Of a stretch of DNA of 64,000 nt, positions 14,601 through 27,700 are shown piece after piece. Made by a program: the position numbers and the translations under genes. The notes beneath the pieces were generated by a model, which worked only from the letters and a program-made list of their open reading frames with translations, did not search any database and had not been told where the DNA came from. The stretch's first letter is position 1. Every line of letters begins with the position of its first letter. The stretch comes from Paramecium tetraurelia (Eukaryota): the NCBI GenBank assembly GCA_000165425.1, contig CT868664.1, positions 124,001 through 188,000 of the forward strand, given 5' to 3'.

Positions 14601-17600
14601 ATCCTATTTAAAAATACTAACTTCGAAATTGGAGACTGTGTATGGATTGAATGTCTTTGGTTTAATAAATTATATGCAACTTGTATTAAATTCCAAAGGT
14701 TAGCCATCTCGATTTTAACAAAATGTACCATTTACTATATCGACACATGTCCATGAACATTCATATACATATGTATTAGCTTCCTGTTCATTTAGATCAC
14801 GGTCAGAAATAGTGGCATTTAGATATAAAGGATCTGAAAATCCAATCATTCTATTGCCTCCAGCTATAGTGAGAATTGGACTTGATGGGACAATATAAAA
14901 TTCAAATCTAGATGAGCTATTCACTGTGTAGTCAGCTCTACTTAAAATAGTATTGTAAATAAGAAGGAAAGGATTATTGAAATTAAGGAAGTATGGTTCA
15001 AAAGTAACTGGAATATCAAATTGATAACCATCTATGAGATTTTCTGTCAAATTGCCCTTGACAACTGTCATTCTTAAATTGGGAAAATAAACTTCATAAA
15101 ATACTATTTGAGGAGGAGGGTTCTTCTCAATGCAATTGACATAACTTAGTCGGTTTGGAATAATGATATTCTCGAATCTTTTAAATTAATTGGTAGTTGA
15201 AATTGATACTAAATTAACTGAAGATCTTTGAATTGCTTTAAATTGAACTTCTATTGTATTCTAAAGTAATGCAAAACTCTCTACTGTAACACTGAATTTG
15301 TAAGTGGTTCCACTTACAAATATTTTAGCTGGGAATTCTAGATAAGGCGTTTTATTTTAAGTATGAGTTAAAAGAATGGCTTCGATGTCTGGGGAAGGAG
15401 GTGGAGGTAAGACGAGATTCCAAGATATTATATTGAAATCTTAATTTCCATTAAATGCTAAGGAATCAAACTCTATTTTCATTATTTCACAAATGTTGGG
15501 ATTTTTCAAATCCTTGAATTTTAGATTTGGTTTATGTGTTGTTTTATCAATTGTGATTGGTATGGATAATGGCATAGGGATAATTTAAATAAATTTGATT
15601 TAACATCCACTCAATAAAAATTCATTGTTTAATTTTAACTTGTCTCCAACTTTAATATTAGGATTATCACCAAAATAAACATTGAACTCTAAATTACAAC
15701 GAGGATTAGTTCCCAATTTTAGTAGTGTTTCAGGATGAAAGAATGCTTCACAAAGAGAATCAATTTCAAAAGGAATATATACCACTGGTCCTCCGAAATC
15801 AAAAGTAAATCCAGTAAATTCTTCATTCAAAGCAAAATAAGGAACTCCAACTTAACAATCAGTGCAATAGACTGATCCAATGTTATATCTACTTATTCCT
15901 AAAGTATCACATTTACATTCTCCAAAAATAGGTCCAATTCTATTTCCGAAGCAAGACAGACACCCATACTAGTTACAATCGACGCAAGTTGGATCACATT
16001 ATTGGCACTCAATATCTGAATTCTCAAAATATCCCAAAGGGCATTTACAAATAGGAGGCTCAATTCTTATAGATGAGCAAGTATTGCATAAATTGGATGT
16101 TCCTTCACAAGTAGAACATCTTTTAGAGCATTGCTAACAATAATATGAATAGGCATCGTAATAACCATCTTTGCAAACACAATCTGGTAAGTTAATACGA
16201 TCAGCTAAACAACTAGTGCATCCATCTTTATCACAATTTTAGCAATTATCTTAACATCTAATACAATTAACAGATGAGCCATCATCAAAATAATAATCTG
16301 GACAAGTACATGCTGGATATTATCTGTCTCCTTTGCATTTGATACAATTAGTTGGCAGACCCTTACATGTAGAACATTTGTTATCACATTTTAGACAAAC
16401 TGAGTTTGTACCATCATCAAAATAACCTGGCTCACAATCGCAATTAGGTGGATTAGGAGCACGATTGGCAGCACATACTTTGCAGAATCGAGGAATTAGC
16501 CAACATGATTCACATTAGTATGTACAGTGATCAAGTACAATATCAAAGTCTGGTTCACAAGATAAATGATTTTTGCTTATTGAAAATCCTTCGGGACAAT
16601 CACTCACACATTCAAAAAGATAAAAATATTATGAACAAGTTAAACAATTCTAATTTGATGGGCCAAAACAAGTTAAGCAGGATGAATGGCAATGATAGCA
16701 TTTATTTTCAGAGAGAACTGGATATTAATCGCTCGGACACTCATTTGCACAAGTGCCTTATAAAGTTAATAATTTATTTTGAGGACAAACTAAACAGTTA
16801 TTATTATTTGGTCCATTGCAAGCAATACAATCATTGTTACAATACTTGCATTCATTGTTTAGAACATCATGGTATGTATTACCCAGACAACCTGGAATAC
16901 ATTTATTCTTCCACAAGATTAGATTATTGTTACAACTCAAACAGTTAATTGAATCTTCACCAAAACATGTTAAACATGTAATATCACAATGATTACAAAT
17001 TTTATTAAATCCAAAATATCCAGTTGGACATACATCAAGACATTAATTATCGTAGTAATATTAATAATCCAAACATTTGATACAATTTAGAAATTGGCAT
17101 TTACACACATATTAAGGTCGAATGCTATAATAGAATTGAGGACATTTCACATAACATTAATTATTTAAATAGTAGTAACCTTAAATACAAGATAGACATT
17201 AATTCTGTAAAGTACCATAGCACTTCTTACAAGTATTTACACAAGGAGTACAAATGTTATTGACATTACCATACCCCTCCATACATTCAGTTAAGCATTC
17301 ATTTTAATAATAAGCCAAAGGGAAACTGCAAGACAAACAATTTTATGATAATAATCCGTAACAAGTTCTACAAATGGGATGGCAAGGAGAGCATAAGCTT
17401 CCAATATTATTATTATAATATCCATCAGGACATTAATTGTAACACAAACCATTGCTCTTTAATCTGTAATAACCTCTTGCACAAACCAAACAGTTTTAGG
17501 TTTAATCAATACAAGAGGAACATCCCTTCCAACATTGTAAGCACACATCACCTTCCTTATAGAATCCAGGTAAACAAGTAAATTTGCACTCTCCACTAAT

Positions 17601-19840
17601 GATGTTTTTCACATTTAACACGTCCCCTGGATTACAAGATAAACAATTGACATTAGTACTATTATCACATGTTTTACATGAAGGTTCACATAATTGACAT
17701 AATCGAGCCTAAAAATCTCCATAATAACCATCATCGCATATAATTTAACATTCATTTTTGCTTGCCATATAATAATACCCTTCTAGACATTGTTGGCATG
17801 TTGGTGAAATACATTTTTAGCAGCCATTTATGCAAGGTGCACATGTCGTTCCTGAAAAATATTCCCCTTCCACACAAATAAAACAATGTGAATTCAATAA
17901 TATTCCTTCAGGTATGCAATCAGTGCAACTTGTTGCTGATGTATCGCATTTTAAACAATTTGGATCACAAATTGTACATTTTGGATCAGTAGGTGTACTA
18001 ATATCTTAGAAATATCCATCAGAACACTGCTATATACATTGATTTGTATTGCTTTTGAAATACCCACTCTTACAATTTATACAACTGGCTAATACTATAC
18101 ATTTCAAACACCCATTTTAACATGGCTAACAATTAATCTCACCAGATTTGACAAAATATTCATCAGGACATGTATTACAAGTTGGAGGATTGGACCGTTT
18201 AGTCGCAGCTACACAACCCACACAATTCCCTGCCGTGATGCATGTAGTACAAAAAGCGGGGCAACTTATACAAATGTCACTCTGTAAAGCATATCCTGAA
18301 ATGCAAGTGCAATCTTAAGGGTTCTTGTAGGTTGGATTAGTGCATGGAGGACAGGATGTTTATGTGAAGCAATTTGAACATCCAGTCATGCATTAGAAGG
18401 AATAAACATGAAGATCTTCTATGTAGAAATAACCAATATATTTTCCTTCTTATAAAGGTTATTCTATTCTGAATTGAATTGAATTTTAAACAAGATTATT
18501 CTCCTCAGTTTTTTACCAAGTCCATTCATAATTTAATATATAATCTTATTTGTCCTATCTCAGTCTGTTTTGAGTATCCAATAGTACTGGAATATCATTC
18601 TATTTAGCTCCATTTATATCAACTTCAAAATTAGTTGGATAAAAATCAATAAAATGACAAGTTGCTCTAAATTTTAGTTTATGTTGTGGGTTTTTAATAA
18701 TTGTATAGATCTAAATGGATTAGTTTTTAAAGTTATTATATGAGCCAATATAAAAATTGTTATCCAAATAAAAAAATTATCTTTCCTTAGGTCTTTTTGG
18801 CTCGGAAACTATCATGATTTATAGATCACTTAATGATAAAAAATGCATAAATTCTGCTACTGTTCTTATGAAGTAAACATAGTCAACAGGATCTAGAGAT
18901 ATGAAGTATAGATTTACATCCTGAATTTTCATTATTGGATAAGTATTCTTAGTAATCCAAACAGGTTTAAGTAGTTTCATCTTAATAATAATTGTTGGGA
19001 CACTTAGAAATACAAACAGGTAAGTCTTAGCCTTATTCTAAATAAGAATAATATCCTGAGTCGCATTATAAGTTTTAATTTAATCCAACACAGGAGGTAC
19101 AATGTTATTTTAAATAACATTAATTATCATCTAAGCTATATAAATAATTCTAATCGCAAGAAGCAATGCATTAGGTTTCTTGGTATACCAAGGCATTGTT
19201 ACATTTACAATAGTAATGAGCTAAACTTTGCCCGAGATTACAAACATGTAAATTTAGCATTGTTTATAATAATTCTCCTCTTCCTCTTTGAATTTGTTAG
19301 CTAATAATCACATTTTTTATATAAACTCCTACATTATTTTTAATCACCCTAATTTACAAATCCAAAGTGCTTTTAGGAGTATTGTATACTAAATACATAA
19401 AGGAATTAAAAAGGAAGCTTAATTTAGGAGGAAAATTTACTTTTCGTTACAAAGTTTATTAGTATCTGTGAGCTAGATCTTTTCCGAGCATTATTTTACA
19501 TTATCAACATATAAAACAACTTCATCATCATTCCATTACCCTGATGTTTAATATTCAAAGTAGATATAAACTTTATTAGTTAAGGGTTATATGTTGAAAC
19601 TTCTTTGCCATTAGATTTAATTTGAATTCGTAGCTAAACCTATGTAGTTTTCAGACTTGTCATTTGTGCACAACAAAACTGATGAACTTGAAATTAAGTC
19701 ATTCCATTAACTTGAAGTAGTCTGAGTAGTGACATCGCTTTAAACCAAATACTTGCCAACTAAATAGATATCTTTAATTTACAGCAGCATTATATTGCAA
19801 ACTATATTAAGAGAACTTATAAGTATGTTAGGATAGGCAT
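11700..19840 (-). CDS. Giant Cys-rich REJ/GAIN-like multi-TM surface receptor, polycystin-1-like paralog B (~2689 aa)
   Basis: ATG 19840 (MPILTYLQVLLIQFAIQCC), TGA 11700-11702. Three introns (23, 23, 25 nt) give 8070 nt, divisible by 3. GPS-like CVSQLQNGTWAADICK...CKCDELSPT, then TM1, a long loop, and FHQILQIIYKDDPIKPRSLRASIVY followed by more TMs. Collinear with 24791-33011. Confidence 0.88.
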
Positions 19841-20109
19841 AAGTTGATTAAAAACGAAAAATAATAAATTTATGTATTTTCAATCATCTTGGATTTGATA
19901 GTACTTTTAAATTATTCCTATCTCTATTATTGATCCAATACGACCAATATAATACAATATATTATTAAATAATTGCCACAGTATTTAATTTTATATTCTT
20001 TAAATTCTTTTTGCAAAAGTATTTTAAACGTTAATGATTATTATTAATAAATAAATAGCATTAATAAGATATCATAAAGGTTTTTCTGAATTGTCACATA
20101 GCAAGATAT

Positions 20110-20800
20110 GAAATTTTACTTTCCCGTTTTTGTCTTATATATATAAAATACTGATAATTTCTTTAATTTAATTAAAGGTTCAAATTTTATAAATACATTT
20201 ATGTAAATAATCTCGAAATTATCAATCCAACACAACTATAATTTATTTGAATGAAATTAACCCTTAAAATCCCTATTTATATCCACTGTGGTTGGTAAAG
20301 TACTATCAGTACAAAAAATAAAAATTAATTATGCTGATTTCCAAACATTAATCAACTTTTGAATAGGCATAGGAAGAATTTATTAGAATTGTTATAACTA
20401 CAACCTGTTAAAGTTAAAAGATAATTTTGACTTAATAGGATCGCTTACTTAACTAATTGAATTTTTTCCAAAAATAATTGAAAAATCTGAATTAATTACA
20501 GGCTCTCCTCCTACTTTAGAAGAGTATAAATTCAAAAAATGCATCGCACAAATTTATATTTTTTCTGAATCCAAATAAACAACCAATTCTCCAAAATTAA
20601 ATTCGTTATATTCTTCATTCAATTCAAAATGTAGTACTGATAGGGAAAATCAGTATAATAAACGGATCCTTAACAAAATCTACTGATTCCTTTGGAAACA
20701 ATTTTGATGCTTATCTTAACTACTTAACAACACTTAAATTGATATCAAATATAAGAATTATTCTATATTCAAATAAGCATTCAAATTATTAGATTTTTAT
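20110..20800 (-). pseudogene. Frameshifted relic of the receptor family, closest to paralog C positions ~28690-29220
   Basis: Reverse strand has aaaggaatcagtagattt and gagcctgtaattaattcagatttttcaattatttttgg...aaaattatcttttaactttaacaggttgtag...aaattcttcctatgcct, nearly matching paralog C at 28749 and 28940-29081 but with indels. Confidence 0.85.
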
Positions 20801-21159
20801 GAACTTCATTTCCCCTGAATTAAGTATTTCCATTAATAATTTTCTGGTATTTCAAATTGTAAAAGCTGATTAATAAATATAAATTATTTCATGTTTTTTA
20901 TTAGAAAGTAAATTTGATTTATTTTAAAGAAAAATTCAATAAATTAATAAAATTAAACTAATATTGTAAAAGCAAATAAGATTTTCATACCTTAAAATCT
21001 TATCCGAAGGCAAGCAAATGTATTTAAGTATCAATCTGCATATAATTTAAAATGACTCAGATAGCTCAAAAAAAGTGATTTTCTTAAGGTATAATATTTA
21101 AATATTTATAAGGATTTCACTATTTATTATTAATTTAAATATAATTATATTTCTTGATC

Positions 21160-21880
21160 ATTTGCATTTTTATTAGTATTTACTTTTCTACCCCTTTTTG
21201 TAGAATGTGTTCTTTACACATTAAATTACCCCAAGTCTCAGTATATCATCTTCCTTTCCTGAGTAGATCTAATAGATTCTTTGTCTATCGATATCTTCTG
21301 TTAAAAACTATTAATAATATCTAATTCTTGTCTCTAGTTTGAGTAATAATCTGTTATACTCATTTATCCTTTCCATCGTTTTTCAAAATATTTAAGTTCA
21401 GAAATCGGTTTTATGATTTTTACTAATTTTATACTAATTTCAAATATTCTTTCTGCAAACTCTATTAATCTACATTTTATTTAATGTCAATAGGAATATG
21501 CTTCTGAAGTCCTTAGTGCAAGTCTTTTAATGTTTTTTCATTGATAAATACATTTATTATACATGCATTTATGTTTTCTAGAATGCTCTGATGCTTGATA
21601 GCTAATACATATGGATATATATTACTAGTCTAATTTCAACCCTTTTTAAAGTACCAGTAACTATTATCTATAATTTATGTATTCAAATTTAATAGTCCTA
21701 ATATTTTGTTAAAACAGGACCATTTTGAGATGGCTTCTCTTTAATTTAATATTAAATACATTTACTAATTGAATTTATAAATTTCTTCTTAGTAAAGAAT
21801 TCTCTAGAAAATAAAAATTAGTATTTAATTCACCTTATTATTGGCTATTAACTTTTATTATGAAATCTTTGAGATTTATC
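21160..21880 (-). pseudogene. Possible decayed gene of unknown family
   Basis: Protein-like segments in different frames (e.g. MERINEYNRLLLKLETRIRYY...) and intron-like GT..AG stretches, but no continuous frame. Confidence 0.3.
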
Positions 21881-22947
21881 ATTTAAATGTCTGCAATATA
21901 AGCATTTCTTAGCTAGAAAAGAAATACAAATTTATTTATGTGAATATAAAAAAACTGATAATTTTTTTAGATTAAAATAAAGACAGAATAAGCATGCATC
22001 ATTTAAGGTCCAAAAGAACCTAGAGATATACAAATAAATTATTTTGATTTAAATATTGAATTTAGAATGAAATAAGAAATTTGATCATATTTCCGAAATC
22101 CTTACTGAAAGCTCATAGGATACTTTGAAAAACTAGGTTGACATCATAAAAACTAAATCAGAGACATTTGAATACAACAAATTAATAACAAATCCAGAGC
22201 ATGTATTTAGATTTGCCATATTTCAGTTTTTTATATTCTGTAAAACATAAGTGATCACTATAATAAACAAAATTAGAAAAACAAAAATGACCTGAAAAGA
22301 TAGAAAAAAATAAAGGATCATTATCCTTAATATTATTCTAAAGTCATAATATTTGTCTTATTTGGAAAACTTAGAAGTAAAATAAAATTTTATATAATTC
22401 TTGAAAGCTGTTAATAATTAAATCAGGAAGAATAATTTCATCCTTGTTGATGAAAAGGTTCATAAATAAATTATGATATCATAAAGATCGGCGACTATTG
22501 AAAATAATTACACAACAGTATCAACTTATTTGAGTAATTGTATTGTCCCTAAATTTAAATACTTCCTTATCATAAATTACTTTTGGTTCTTTTTTAAACC
22601 TCGCTCAAAGTGATAGTAAAAATTATAATATATTATGATCACTTCAATAAGATGCTATCTCTCCTTTTGATAAGAGATAGATTTGCTATTTATTAAAGAG
22701 CAAAAATTATTTGATTTTGTTAATAGAATACTAAGTTTGCCTTTATTTTCAGTTAATTGAACTCTATTGCAGGAAAGTGTTTGAAGAGCTTGAATAATAA
22801 ATTAATTCATTAATCATCAATACAATTAAGTAATACAATATCAAAATAAGAAATTCTTAAACCATTCTCAAATATGCTTCGTATCTAGTACTATAAAGGC
22901 TCAATTAAAGATCAAATATTTTGAATTAAAAATATATATAAGCAAAA

Positions 22948-23476
22948 ATGAAAGACATAAATTCACAATCGACTCTAACTGAATAATCAAATGACATTCT
23001 ATCAGAACAATAAATGGTGGAACCATCTATGCTGATCAAGTACAATGATAATATGACAATTGATATTGATGATTAAGGATCAGTGTCGAGAAAAATGAAC
23101 ATGAAGAATAAAAAAAAAAAACGATAAGGAAGAAAATCAAGAGACTTTACGATATAGGAAGATTAAAAACTTCTGGGTCTCGTTTTAATGTTTGGACCAA
23201 AGTTTAAAACAATTTAACGAAAGATGTCTGGAAGGCCATTAAATATTCTGAAGAATAGATACTATCGAGATTTAAGATATAGATGGGATGAGATATTGGG
23301 AATGTAAGAAATATTGAATTATATTTTCTAGTGAATATGCCTATTTGAATGAAAAAAAGGTTGATCTGAGTCTGGATGAAATTTGGAAGGCTTCTCCGCT
23401 TGATCCAGATTTATCAAAAATTATGATGAATATGATAACACAATTTTAAAATGTGATAACTAAATGCTTGATTTGA
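22948..23476 (+). CDS. Myb/SANT-domain DNA-binding protein
   Basis: ATG 22948; basic KNKKKKRQGRKSR then FTIQEDQKLLGLVLMFGPKFKTIQRKMSGRPLNILKNRYY (Myb repeat); one 28 nt intron; TGA 23474-23476. Confidence 0.85.
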
Positions 23477-24790
23477 GAGAGTCTTGTGACTCGATGATTA
23501 AATTTATTCATATATTAAGAGTTAAATATCTATTTTTGCGTTTTATCAGTTTTTTCACAAATAAAAATTACATAATAATTAAATACTTCTTTTCTTATTT
23601 AAAATTTATTACTAGAATTTCACAAGACAAAATCCATGCTTCACTTTAATTTGTTTATTTACTAATAAATATAAATAATTTATATTTTCAAATTTTACAA
23701 GATTTTAAATTACTTCCGTACCTTATAGTCAAAATTGTTAACAGATATAGGTCTTATAAAAATTTTTGAATTGACATAAAAATAAGCAAATTATTCATGA
23801 AGAAATATATTGGAGCTGGAGAAATTATAGATTTATGGGTAATTCTTCATACCTCTAATTTATGTTAAATATTGAATAAATTCAGGTTAATATAAATAAC
23901 TTGTGGCTTCTATTTTATTAATTTTTAATTTTCTGTTATTTTTGGAAGTGTTAATTATTTTAGCCAATTTAATTTATTCAAATAAAATACAAAAATATTA
24001 AATTACTTTAAGGCAATAGAAATAAATATATTAAATCTATTTTTAGTTTCCCTCCTTCTTATAGTTAGAAAAATATTTTCAATATAAAATAATCTAGTAT
24101 ATTGATATTATTCATCAGAAATATAGAAGAAAGAATAATTTTAAAACTTTATTACATATTCATTTTTTAAAAGTATATGTTTCAAATGATTTATTGACAG
24201 GAGGAAATTCAAAACTTATAAATTGTATGTAACTTCAAAAGAAGTCGAATCTAAATATTTTTAGAAAAAACTAATTCAATTAATATAATAGGTATTGCAA
24301 ATAAAGTATTATCACATTTTGCTATATTAGTAATACTTTATTGCATTTTTCTGATTAAAAAATTAAGTAAAAATTTGTTTTTCTTAACAATTATGCTATT
24401 ATAAATTTTGAAGGCATAAGTGTATTATATTTGATTTTGTAAATTATTAACTTAGGAGCACTAGTTTAAAAAATTGCATCAAGTTTAGAAATTTATCATC
24501 CGAAATTCCATATACTGTGAATTAATTGAACATATAATTTAAATCTTACTCTTAATTTTATATTCTTGTTTTTAAGGATTTACGATAAAAGCACCTTTTT
24601 TGATATACAGCTTAATTATACTCAAAGCAAATTAGATAATAATAATCTTTTTAGATATATAATTATATTAATAAGCAAAAACAATCTAAAGTATTTGGTT
24701 GCGCTTATAAAAAAGAAGAACATATGTTGAAAAAATAGGCAATTTATTATTAATTAGAAATTCATTAATTAATTTTCGTTTTATTAATAG

Positions 24791-27700
24791 ATGATTAAGG
24801 TGATAATTTTTATCGTTCTTTTTTACGAGCAGGTTCTTCTGCCATGTAGTAAGTTTAATTATCAAATTAGAATGCAAATATTTAGTTTTAACGGATCTAA
24901 CAAACGAAAGTACTGTAAGTTTATGGTCCGACGAAACCTTAAGTCTCCCTTTATCTTTTTGTACAAATGAATTATCAGAAAACTACATAGGCATAGATAC
25001 AAATATAAATTAAATATATTGGAAGAGAACATTTTCTCTACCCAAAACTAGCAGACTTTATGTTTACTTCGAGGCTTCCTTATCTGGCAATTGGAATAAT
25101 GATGAACTACAGATATATGCAAATGATTAAAAGGTCTACTCTTAAAAATACACTTTAACAGATTCCAATAGGGATTGTCATCAGAGGTATACTGTATGAT
25201 GAATTATAGATTTCTTTATGAAATCCAAGGATATTTTGTAATAAATATGAGATTCGATTCTCTAAAATTTGAATTAAAAGTCAGTAATACAAACTTGGGT
25301 ATTTATATAAAGAATTTGGTCTTGCTTTAGTAATAATAAAGGGGGAGAAATGAAATTCTTCCATTTATTGATTACATTCCCGCATGTAATCCAAATTTTT
25401 ATTTTTCTCAATATTATTGCAAGTGCTCCGACAATTTAGTATATTAATCCAACTTGTGTTTAGCTGCCTGCAGTTAAAATTATTTGTATGACTCAACTGA
25501 AAAATAATGTCTTGCAAAAGACTATTGTACTTCTTGTGTTGGAACTCAAACATCATTAACATGTGATGCAGGGTATTATAAATATTCAGGAACTGATATT
25601 TCTGATTAAAATTGTGTTAAGAGATGCCCAAATGGTTATTATCAAGATGAAACTACGAAGACTTGTACTGACATGAAATCTTATCTTTAGACAAATCAAA
25701 ATGGAGGAGGTAAATTATAACACAAATATTTAGAATAAATAAGTCATTATTACTTTTTTACTACACTAGCAGAATTCATGCATTTTTATGCATACAATGA
25801 TTTTATCGCAACAGTTGTTTCTATTCCAGAAAAAACCAAAGAAAGAGGCTATTTCTATTATAGTAATAGATTTTATGTGGGTTCATTTGATTCATTTTAA
25901 TCCCAAAAGGTGCTGATCACAAAAAATATTCAGAATTCTCAACATAAACTGCGATTTAGAGCTGTTGCCCATTTTATTGATTTCAATCCTACTAAATTTG
26001 ATGTCACAATCAATGGTGTAAAATAAACAGCAGCTACTTTACAAGTTAATACTATTAATATTTTATAATCATCGAATTCAGATTATATAGCTTATCTAGA
26101 TTATACGTGGGTTAGAACAGAATAGTATCCATTAACTTAAGACAATATTCTTTTTGAAATCGAATAACCATCTCAAGGAGGAAAATATATTGGAGTTTTC
26201 TTTTTGGATGATATTCATCTCTATTAATTTCAATGTTAAACTGGATGCAATAGTTGCTATAATTATGCTTATTGTACTCCTTGTCTTAACCCAGCTAATA
26301 AAAATCCTGCTGACTGTACATGTTTAACAGGATATGTTATGTAGAATAGCTAATGCATAGGTATTATTAATGATTTAAAATATAGCTTGTCCAACTTATT
26401 GCACTACTTGCGTTTCTGCTGGAGTCTGTGTAGATTGTGTTGCATCAACCAAAAGAATCAATTCTCCTAATTGTGATCAATGTCCTGTTAATTATTATCT
26501 AGATGCAGGAATGACGAATTGTTAACCTTGTTAAACTGGATGCTATTCATGTACTGTTGGTTCTGCATGTATTTAATGTGCCCCTGGATACTTTAGAAAT
26601 TAAGCAAACTAATGTATAACTTAATGTCCAGATGGTTAGTTCAATGATTCTAGTAATGTAAATGATCCAAAATGTAGTATTTGTAACAATAATTGTTTGA
26701 AATGTTAAACATTGGCTACGACATGTACTGCATGTAAAGGATTGGCTACTCTTGTTTCTGGTTAATGCTATTTGTGTTCCGAAGGTCAATATTTATCAGG
26801 AACTAATTGTGTTAATTGTATAAGTGGATGCTAAACTTGCTCATCTGTCACATGCACAACATGTTAGGATTCTTTTTATTACAAATCTTCCACCAATGAA
26901 TGTATATCCGTTTGTGATCCAGGATTTTTTGGAAATATAACAACTAAAACATGTGATTAATGCAATTCAAATTGTTTAACATGTGTAGCTGATACAAATA
27001 AGGACTGTCTCACTTGTCCAGCAGGCAAAGTGCTTAATATCCAAAATGTCATAAGCGGAGAATGTTAAACAAACTGCTTAACAGGGTTCTACAAGGTAGA
27101 TGATGGCTGTTCAAAATGTTGGAAAGGTTGCTAAGCTTGTATGGATTCAACTCAAGCCTGTTTGACTTGTGCAAGCAAATTTTATAGATTGAAGACAGAT
27201 GGTTGGTGCTATGAAACTTGTCCTAATGGATATTATAATAATTAAATAGGTTACTTGTGTTCTCCTTGTAATTCCTTATGTAAGACCTGCTATGGATTTT
27301 CAGAATTAACTTGTTTATCATGTAATGCTCCTTTGGCATACTTTTAAAACTAGTGTTTAGTCGAATGTTATGATGGTTATGGAAGCATCTCCAACATTTG
27401 TCAACCATGTGCAGCCAATTGTAAGAAATGCTTTGGTACATAACCCAACGAATGCCTTGAATGTATGACTGGTTTTTATACTCTAAATAATCAATGCTAT
27501 GTGAAATGTCCAAAATCATTTGTTGGCATCAGACCTCAATATGTTTGTAAATGTATTTATGACAATTGTATAACTTGCACCTCCTCTTAATATTTCCTGG
27601 ATAATACATGTTATAATATATGTCCAATTGGCTATTTTGGATATAATGGTTTGTGTATTAAATGCGATGTTACTTGTGGAACTTGCTTTGGAGAGGGAGT

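Noticed and set aside
23500..24700. Possible further receptor relic in the right part of the spacer
   Set aside because: Only weak matches in very AT-rich sequence; not distinguishable from chance by eye.
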